This document shows positions 24,786 to 33,114 of a DNA stretch of 33,114 nucleotides, piece by piece. Each line of letters starts with the position of its first letter. Within the stretch, counting starts at the first letter, position 1. Location of the stretch: contig NW_014569447.1 in NCBI RefSeq assembly GCF_000743755.1, positions 1 to 33,114 on the forward strand, read 5' to 3'. Origin of the DNA: Blastocystis sp. subtype 4. Lineage: Eukaryota. The notes below the pieces were generated by a model. That model was given only the letters and a program-made list of their open reading frames with translations, did not search any database and was not told the origin of the DNA. The position numbers and the translations under genes were made by a program.

Positions 24786-27702
24786 TTAAAAGCCGAATCC
24801 AGCAAATGGATCCACAGCAGGAGCAGGAGCACCGAAACCATAGTTCTGTTGGGCAGGTTGAGCAGGAGCGCCAAAACCGAAGTTTTGCTGAGCAGGTTGA
24901 GCAGCGGGAGCTCCGAACCCGAAGTTCTGTTGAGCAGGCTGGGCTGCAGGAGCGCCAAAACCAAAGTTCTGCTGGGCGGGTTGAGCAGCAGGAGCTCCGA
25001 AGCCAAAGTCGAAAGCATTGGATTGGGCCTGAGCAGGCTGGGCAGGAGCCTGCTGAGCAGCTGGAGCACCCCAACCAAAATCAAAGGTATTTGACTGAGC
25101 CGCAGGGGCCTGCTGAGCGGGAGCTTGTTGGGCTGCAGGAGCACTGAAGCCGAAGTTCTGTTGAGCAGGCTGAGCAGCTGGAGCTCCGAAACCAAAGTCA
25201 AAGGCATTAGACTGAGCCTGGGCAGGCTGAGCAGCGGGAGCAGGAGCAGCAGAGGCAGTACCGAAACCAAAGTCAAAAGCATTAGACTGGGCTTGAGCAG
25301 GCTGAGCAGGAGCTCCAAAACCGAAGTCGAAGGCATTGGACTGAGCCTGGGCAGGCTGAGCAGCGGGAGCGGGAGCGGCAGGCTTCGCGGGTTCTGAAAT
25401 ACCGCCAAAAAGAGCATTTCCAGAAGTCGAGCTAAACAGGTCATAAGCAGTATCATTGGTAGTAGGAGTGGTCGGTTGAGGTGTTGTCACCTTAGTCGAC
25501 TCACTAGGAGCACCGAAGAAACCATTTGATGTGCCAAACAGATCTGCAGTCTTGTTTTGACTGAACAGGTCAGCACCAGAAGCAGGCTGAGCGGCTGGCT
25601 GAGAAGCAGTCTGGGTTCCGAAGAATCCCTGCTGAGCAGGTGCAGCAGCTGCAGGTTCAGCAGGCTGATTGAAGTTCACAGCAGCAGGTTTTGCAACCTC
25701 AGGAGCAGCATAAGCATCAACCTTCAGTTGATTGGCTTCTTCCTCTCTCTCCTCCTCAGAATCTTCTGGTGGGTTATACTCGGGAGCTCCGTTAATGCGC
25801 ATCTCATCCACATATGTCTGTAAGAACGATAATGATTCATCCACTTCAAACATAGCGTCTTCAGCAGCAGAAGGATACGCCACATTCATCAAGCCCATCT
25901 CATCCATCATCACTTGGAACATATAACCACGCTGCTGGAGATCAACATTGTGAGAGAGCAAACATTCCTTGAGTACCATATTCGCTTCATCTGTCACTCC
26001 TCCGTACTTGTTACAGTTCTTCATAATGGCATTCAAGCAATATCCCTTTGTCTCTACATCACTCTGACGTTCAAACAAAGCACACAGATGTTGAATCACA
26101 GTTTCAACACCTGCCTCTGCAGTCTCTCCGTATTGACCCAAAATGAAGGCCAGCACTTGAACGAACACTTCAGGCAACTTGGGTTCATCCATCAACTCTA
26201 AATACATGGCTACAGCCTCTGAACGCATTTGATAGTCAATATCAGGATCACCCTGTCCTTCTTCTAAGAGACGCATCACTGTTGACGCCACATTGCTAGG
26301 CACCACATCACCAGCAGCCAGGAACAGCTGTGTGATTGTCTTGATATACCACGAAGGATTAGGAGCAAATCTCTCTGCCAGATCATTCACACGATTGATT
26401 AGAATCACCTGGAAGTACTCATCAGTCGTCTTCTTCAAAAAGTCCAACATCTTCTCAATCACGACCTGAACATTGTTCTCATTGCTGATCGCAAACAGAA
26501 GATCGATTGCCTTTCTCTTCAGAGCTTCATCATCTGACTGTAAGCAATTCATAACAGCAGTCTGATGAGTTGCAGCGACAGCAGGATTCTCCTTCACCAT
26601 CTCACCCAGAGCATTTAGACCCAAGTACTTGAGATTGGCCAGAGGGTTGTTGATAAAGAAGGCAGTGGCCTTCGAAGCGCTATCCAAGAGCTCAGCATTT
26701 GGATAAATATGAACAACACAACGAATACACTCATAGCTAATGGCATGACCAATTGCATTACCAGCATCAGCACGAGCCATCGTGTCGGCGATTACAGCAT
26801 ACATCTTTTCCGAGGACAGTTGATCACCATATCCCAGACGACTCAATAGACGAATAATCTTGATTTGGACCCAAGGAGCAGGAATGTTATGATAGTCATA
26901 ATCACGAGGAAGACGTTGTTCAATGATTTGTTTCTGGATACTAACAAGAGAAGGAACCAGATTCTTGCCAATAGAAGGATCATCCTTACACATATCGTCC
27001 AAGAGCACCACACAAGCTGTCATTACAGAAGGATCTGCATCACACAGCATCTTGCAAATCTGATCATTCAGCTGGCAAATACTAGTCTTATCCAGCTGGT
27101 AGAAACGGTGCAGAGCTAGAAGAGCTCTCTTACGAACGAACTCACGCTTGTGAGTAAGAAGGTTAGAGACAGGAGTGATTACAGCAGGAATCATTTCTGT
27201 TGTGATCAGCATGGAAGTAGCAATCAGAGCGTTAGCAACTTCTGTATGATCACTCGATGTCATATCCTACGAATGAGATACTTCAACAATCTGTACCTTT
27301 TGAAGCATGTTGATAACCATGAAACGGAACTCATGCTCAGGTCCAATGCAACTGGCAGCAGCCAAATAACCAACCTTCTTCAAATAGACGTTCTTGCAGG
27401 CGGACAACTACAACTCACCTTTCCCTAAAGGACAAACTTCAATACACTTAATATATCCAAAGGAGCAATCATGGCCGAGCATTTCACAATAGATCATACG
27501 CAACATGTTCTCCTTGATTTGACGCTATTCATCACAAACTATTCACAAGTCCTACATCACTGCTCTTGTTATCCATAATTGTTTTCTTCAGGAACGCCAT
27601 CTCACGAACTACGATGAGATCTTCATCCTGCTTGGTTTTGCTATCTCCAATAGCTTTTACAAAGTCCACAAATTCCTTTGACAGATTTGAGGGAATCGAC
27701 AT
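24786..27702 (-). CDS. AP4E1: AP-4 complex subunit epsilon; trunk intact, ear replaced by an FG-rich repeat tail
   Basis: LSKEFVDFVKAIGDSKTKQDEDLIV, RLPRDYDYHNIPAPWVQIK, NLKYLGL and LAERFAP motifs. Confidence 0.9.
24800..25385 (-). repeat. Coding tandem repeats (AQPAQQNFGFGAPA / AQPAQAQSNAFDFGFGAPA) in the AP-4 epsilon tail
   Basis: Repeated ccaaagtc/ccgaagttctg...gagcaggctg units in the DNA; about ten FGF-containing units in the protein. Confidence 0.9.
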
Positions 27703-27857
27703 AGTGTATTTATAATGAACAAACAACCTGAGAGATATAACGAATCATGGCCCTAATGCTTCTTGAATTTGTATATTATTCTGTAATTCGAATGGGTATT
27801 TAGGCCCATTATAAATTGAGGTCATTCCCTCGATTTCTCTTAATTGAAGAAGGGTTC

Positions 27858-28501
27858 ATGTCTGAAAAGTTGCGTAAACGAGTAATTTACGACAAACTTG
27901 ATCGTGATTGTGATCTAAATGTCGATGGTGGAGTTGCGTTCGAGGAATGATTGGATAGAACAGGAGGAATTTTTGGAGTATATGAGAAAGGATTTGTACA
28001 AACAGAGACTTTCGTGGAGAGTAGGAGTGTGATTCTTCGTTGATGTTTAGTACTCTTATACAATTTTATTAACTGTGATTATTGCTGGACTCATTTACGG
28101 ATTGAAGGAAGCTGAGTACGGATTGATGCCTAATGTAGTGCGTGTGTTGACTATTGGCAATTACGCATCCATGATGACGGCTCCATGTCTTTTAGTTTGT
28201 ATTGTAGAATGTCTTATCACTGTACTTGTGTTGTCTGTGCATGTTAGATAGATTCTCTACGTTTTTTATCCTTGGATCCGTCACCTGATCCTTATTTCAG
28301 TCCTTGTCCCCGTATTCTTCATCGTTTGTTGGATTCTGTTGCTTCTGTTAAAGTGGCAAGAGCTTCATCTTGGTGTCCCTTGCCTGCCCTTAGTATTTAT
28401 TGCCTTCCCTATAATCGCCTATTCGGTGGAACGAGGAAATCGTGATTTGTGGCGTCGACTCGACAAGCTCGAAGAGATTCACTCTAAATACAAAAGTGTA
28501 T
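27858..28501 (+). CDS. Small hypothetical multi-pass membrane protein; probable poly(A)-created stop after KYKSV
   Basis: ATG at 27858, short introns, several hydrophobic segments. TGATTGTT at 28506 is 5 nt after the codon-first T28501. Confidence 0.55.
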
Positions 28502-28526
28502 TGATTGATTGTTCGAATAAACAACT

Positions 28527-31411
28527 CTATCCATCCAGTGTTTTCATCATTGGTTGATGTCGTTCTTCTGGAACCAAATGTTCTGAGAAATCTCCTGTCT
28601 CCTCCTTCTCCTTCAATCTTCGTTCTCTTTGTCTTCGACATTTTGGACAATTCTCCATCGTGGTAAAACACTGCTTATGGAAAACAGCCTACGATTCACA
28701 TTCCCTCTTTCCCCTACATTACAACGTCGACACAGAACAGTAATCTCAAGCTGGAATGGATAAATTGGAGGCATTTTATTACAAATCTCGCAAATAAATC
28801 CTTTGGCTTGACACAACTATGGCTCATTCATTCCAGTTCTCTCACACAATACAATCATGCATTATATGTTGTTCATATTGCTTCACACGATCATCTAACC
28901 ATGGTAACAACTGCCCATTCTTCAACTAACCCTCATCCCACACTTCATTCTTTACTTGGATGAAATCATTCAATGCTAGCATCTCTGTACCTGTCATAAA
29001 ATACAACCGCGGGGATAACCAGTTTAATAACTATTCATAATTATCAATACTCATAATTACTTCATTGCACTGTTTGCATACCTTAATATAGTCGTACATG
29101 AAGGATAATCTCAATCGATACAGTCGAAGCTGTTTCAATGATTCATTCCGCTCCATAATAAGTGGATTTACAGCAGAGAGACATATGATAGGCTGATCAG
29201 CGATGCTGTTGAGATAGTCCATACATACACAGGCTACAGGGTACTTCTTAAAATCCCAATTGAGAACGATCCGAGATGGAATCAGAGACATTTGATTTGT
29301 ATGACATTTCAAACAGTAGAAATAATGACTATATTCGCAATACCGATAATCCTTCTTAAACATTTCTATTGCTTATCCCTACAGTTCTCATCTTACGCTT
29401 CATTCCAATCCTCACACCACAATCCGCACAGCAACCATTCTGCAAAGCCAATCGACTCTCATCCTTCAAGTATCCCCAAACATCACCAACATCTTCGAGT
29501 ACCAGCTTCACTCGTACACCACCCTCACGCTGGCCCAGTGGATTGTGAATGCCATAACCACGCAGTACCAGCTGCAGAATATCACGTGTGAGGGCCTCCT
29601 CAGGTGTGAACGACCCATCCTGGAAACAATGTCCAATGAGTCCACCATTGCGCAATGTGAGGAGTCCTGATAGGAACTTATTCATCTCAACAAGATTCTG
29701 GTTAGCGTGGCTCTTCTTGGGAGGCGACGGCAGTTTCGGAATTGTGACTGTTGGGTATTCATGGCGCAAAACTTCAGCTAGAGCTCGGAATCGATTGTAG
29801 GAGATAAGAACAGTCCATTGTTCCTCTTCCTGCTCGGACTTTTTGCGATTCACAGAGACTTCATAGACAGCAGGATCTCCTGAGTAGTCACAGTTCACAA
29901 CAGTTCCACTGAGAACTCCGCCAATGAGCATTCGTTCACTTGGAGTCTCCTGTTGCTCTTCGGTTTCCTTGGGAGGCATCTGGAGTGGGATCAATGGAGT
30001 TGTGGCTAGGAGATGGTCGAGAGAAGATGGGAACAAAATTGGAGCGTGAGCTGCTTTCTCTTGAGCCGCCTTCTCAGCTGCAGCCTTCTCAGCAGCTTCT
30101 CGCTCAGCTGCAGCCTTCTCAGCTGCAGCCTTCTCAGCTGCAGCTCTCTCAGCAGCTGCCTTCTCAGCAGCAGCCTTCTCAGCAGCTTCCTTCTCAGCAG
30201 CTTCTTTCTCAGCAGCTTCTTTCTCAGCAGCTTCCTTCTCAGCAGCTTCCTTCTCAGCAGCAGCCTTCTCAGCTGCAGCCTTCTCAGCTGCAGCTCTCTC
30301 AGCAGCTTCCTTCTCAGCAGCAGCCTTCTCAGCAGCAGCCTTCTCAGCAGCAGCCTTCTCAGCAGCTTCCTTCTCAGCAGCAGCCTTCTCAGCTGCAGCC
30401 TTCTCAGCAGCTGCCTTCTCAGCAGCTGCCTTCTCAGCAGCTGCCTTCTCAGCAGCTGCCTTCTCAGCAGCTTCTCGCTCAGCTGCAGCTCTCTCAGCAG
30501 CAGCCTTCTCAGCAGCTTCCTTCTCAGCAGCAGCCTTCTCAGCTGGAGCCTTCTCAGCAGCTGCCTTCTCAGCAGCAGCCTTCTCAGCAGCTGCCTTCTC
30601 AGCTGCAGCTCTCTCAGCAGCTTCTCGCTCAGCAGCAGCCTTCTCAGCTGCAGCCTTCTCAGCAGCAGCTCTCTCAGCAGCTTCTCGCTCAGCAGCAGCC
30701 TTCTCAGCTGCTGCCTTCTCAGCAGCTTCCTTCTCAGCAGCTTCCTTCTCAGCAGCAGCCTTCTCAGCAGCTTCTCGCTCAGCAGCAGCCTTCTCAGCTG
30801 CAGCTCTCTCAGCAGCTTCTTTCTCAGCAGCAGCCTTCTCAGCAGCTTCTCGCTCAGCAGCAGCCTTCCCAGCTGCTGCCTTCTCAGCTGCAGCTCTCTC
30901 AGCAGCTTCCTTCTCAGCAGCAGCCTTCTCAGTAGCTACCTCTGGAGCCGACGAAGAAATTTTATCCACAGCGCCATCATCCACTTCTGTAATCAATTTA
31001 CCTTCATCTTTGTATTCATATCGGAATGTTGGGACAGGAGGCTTTCCTGTTGGGTGACACTAATGTGAAAACAATAAACTAAACACACCTGCCATCCTGT
31101 CAAAGGAGGAATATTCTCATTAGTCTTGTTGAAGTAGTATACACCTTTCACAGAAGGCTTTCCAAAAAACCAACGACGTCCTGCACTTTTACCTAACATA
31201 AATAATATAGTACAATAACAAATTACTCTTTCCAGGGACATTAAAACGGAACATCTCAAAACCGTCTTCACTTTCCCATCTCTTTACTCCATCTCTATCT
31301 ATAACAACATATGAACCTATTTCCGTACCGTTTTCCTTTCTCTTTGAAGATGATATCTTTGGGTTCAATTCCTGATCCTGAAGCAATGATTCTTATGATT
31401 TCTCTCTCCAT
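28527..31411 (-). CDS. PX-domain + Rubicon-homology (zf-RING_9/DUF4206) protein with a long EKAAA helical spacer and a small N-terminal PPxxGW domain
   Basis: PX: AVYEVSV...WTVLISYNRFRALAEVLRHEYPTVTIPKLP. RH: QNGCCADCG, RYCEYSHYFYCLKCH, IPSRIVLNWDFKKYPV, CQAKGFICEIC, FHKQC...CPKC. TAG at 28529-28527. Confidence 0.85.
30052..30931 (-). repeat. 15-bp coding minisatellite, ~58 units encoding E-[KR]-[AE]-A-A
   Basis: Plus-strand agcagc(a/t)gccttctc-type units are contiguous for ~880 bp. Confidence 0.97.
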
Positions 31412-31563
31412 TCCACTGCAAACCCTATATCAGCTTTCTTTTGGGCAATATATATTCGAATTCACGAGAACTCAGATGTCACTTACTAGACACAAAAACG
31501 GTTATTTGACAATCATGACCTGATACAATACCGTTCTGTTTTTGAAGAGAAACACAATTATCT

Positions 31564-32823
31564 ATGCAAAAGGCGATCTACGAAGCCCCAGACATCTATT
31601 GGGAGCTCTTCTGTGGAGCAGGTGATGTTATTGAAGCGCGATTCGATAATGTCTGTGTTTTGCATTTTGCATTTAGAACTAGAATGTAATCGATACAGCT
31701 ATCATCACCTCATGTACCATATCCACGGTAACCTGTGAACACGATTTGTTAGGACTAACTGAAGTGAAACGGAAAGGAATTCTATCGATGGCCCATTCTC
31801 GTAGTTTGATGTAATCGAAATTTCATCTTAGTACAGCAGAAGACGGACATTGCCATGAAGGAGGGTGATCTTGTTTCCTATCGGAATGAAGAACAGAATG
31901 TTTATAATCCATAGTGTTCGTAATTCATAGTTTCGTGATCTTGGTGTTGTGACGAAAGTGGGCAAAGTGATGGTTTCTCTGTTCTTTCTCACAGGAGTAA
32001 AGAAGACGGAACTTGAGGATGTGTGGCTGAAGAAGCTTCGTTTCATTGCTCGAGGTTTTGATATTGGTAACGAATTTTCATTGGGTTCATTGCCCTAGAT
32101 CACTATTATCAACTAAAAGAGTTTAAGTTATCGCTCGAATACAAATCGTTATACACATATACCAATAAGTCCCTAATTCCACTTCCTTTTCAAGAGGAAA
32201 TTGGTATCCCCAAACTTGTGTATGAAATTGGTGATAAGTTTCCTTTCGTTGCTTCCATCTCCAACAAGTACACTTCAGAACATCATAGTCGTGATGATAG
32301 TAGTCTTGACTATTCTGAAGGCCCTCCAGAACTTCATAAACCAGTTCGAATGAAACATTCGGAGTCGATGGAGCGATTGCGCTCTTCTTCTCTGATTTCC
32401 TCGAAAGAGGGAAGATCTATGATTCTCCAGAACACGAAAGAACATTTAGTACAGATGTGGCTCAATATCAATGAGAAAGTGTCTCCGTCTCGAAAACAAC
32501 TAAAGGAGCAGAGCAAGGAACGATATGTGCCTCCTATAAGTAGTGAGAGTGGTGAAGAAGTGGATGTGCCAAATGAAACATCGCATTTTCCTCTGGATTC
32601 TACTCATTACACACAATACATTTCAGGAGACAAAAAGAGTTCATTCTTCAGGAATTTCAAAACCAGTCGCAAAGCCTGTCCTCAGAACAGAACTTTGATG
32701 TATTCTCAGAGTGGTGCTCCTCATCTTCCTCCTGTACCATTACAAAGTGATTTATCGTCTCCTCGCGAGAAACGCGTATGTTTTAGTGTGAATGTGGTAT
32801 GTCACGAATATCCGTCTTATTAA
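31564..32823 (+). CDS. Hypothetical protein with possible N-terminal Tudor/Agenet-like barrels and a Ser-rich disordered tail
   Basis: Spliced reading MQKAIYEAPDIYWELFCGAGDVIEARFDN/NVIDTAIITSCT...EGDLVSYRNEEQN/FRDLGVVTK joins ORF 32218 through short GT-AG introns. Confidence 0.5.
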
Positions 32824-32920
32824 CTCATTCCCCACGAACTTGGGTGTATCTTTTCTTGTTTCTTTTTAACTGAATTCCCGTGGTTCTTCTTAGTTTTGTT
32901 TTTCACATCAACAACACTCT

Positions 32921-33114
32921 ATGGGTCGTGTAATTCGAGGTGCGTATTTGTAGAATCGAATGAGTTCAAAATTGAGTTGATAGAATGAGTTTTGTGTAAA
33001 TGAGGTACTAACGAATCGTGTAGGTCAGCGTAAAGGAGCAAAGGGAGCAGTGTTCCAAGCTCATACTCATCTTCGTAAGGGAGTTCCTCAATTCCGTGCT
33101 CTTGACTATTCGGA
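32921..33114 (+). CDS. RPL8: 60S ribosomal protein L8 (uL2), 5' part, runs off the window
   Basis: [37 protein letters not shown]; intron 32940-33023. Confidence 0.95.

Noticed and set aside
24759..25456. Several overlapping ORFs on both strands
   Set aside because: Alternative-frame and antisense shadows of the AP4E repeat tail.
27745..27810. GGCCC elements in the AP4E divergent promoter
   Set aside because: Only two short copies, and not consistently present at other promoters in the window.
30052..30931. Possible CRISPR-like array
   Set aside because: Contiguous repeats with no unique spacers, in frame within a eukaryotic CDS.
29940..31068. Long plus-strand ORFs (Q/P/S-rich 331 aa and S/L-rich 351 aa)
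   Set aside because: Antisense shadows of the stop-free 15-bp EKAAA repeat.
31828..32046. Minus-strand ORF MKRSFFSH...
   Set aside because: The plus strand gives a consistent spliced gene (31564-32823) over the same region.
103..33114. Alternative genetic code or stop readthrough to explain fragmented ORFs
   Set aside because: Short GT-AG introns restore the frames of the conserved genes I traced. TAA, TAG and TGA all occur as terminal stops.

Overview
Very gene-dense, AT-rich eukaryotic nuclear DNA with many ~30-nt GT-AG introns and a TGTTTGTT motif at gene 3' ends. This combination points to the gut stramenopile Blastocystis (inference; probably a low-GC subtype). About 19 protein genes can be reconstructed by hand: two tandem GT-A-like glycosyltransferases, a RABL6-like GTPase, a Kir channel, a zf-4CXXC_R1 protein, UAP56, Aurora kinase, phospholipase B-like, RPS9, a mitochondrial AP2-RsfS fusion, a MORN/multi-TM protein, NEPRO/DUF4477, MED17-like, AP-4 epsilon, a PX + Rubicon-homology protein with a long EKAAA helix, the start of RPL8, and hypotheticals. 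Main observations: (1) at least five genes appear to get their stop codon only from polyadenylation, since a codon-first T sits exactly 5 nt before TGTTTGTT (known in Blastocystis). (2) An AP2 domain is fused to the ribosome-silencing factor RsfS behind a mitochondrial presequence. (3) The first kb holds a decayed gene resembling a Polinton-like-virus minor capsid protein. (4) The unusually long first introns of both ribosomal-protein genes share a 14-nt motif. All family assignments come from motif recognition by eye, with no database search.
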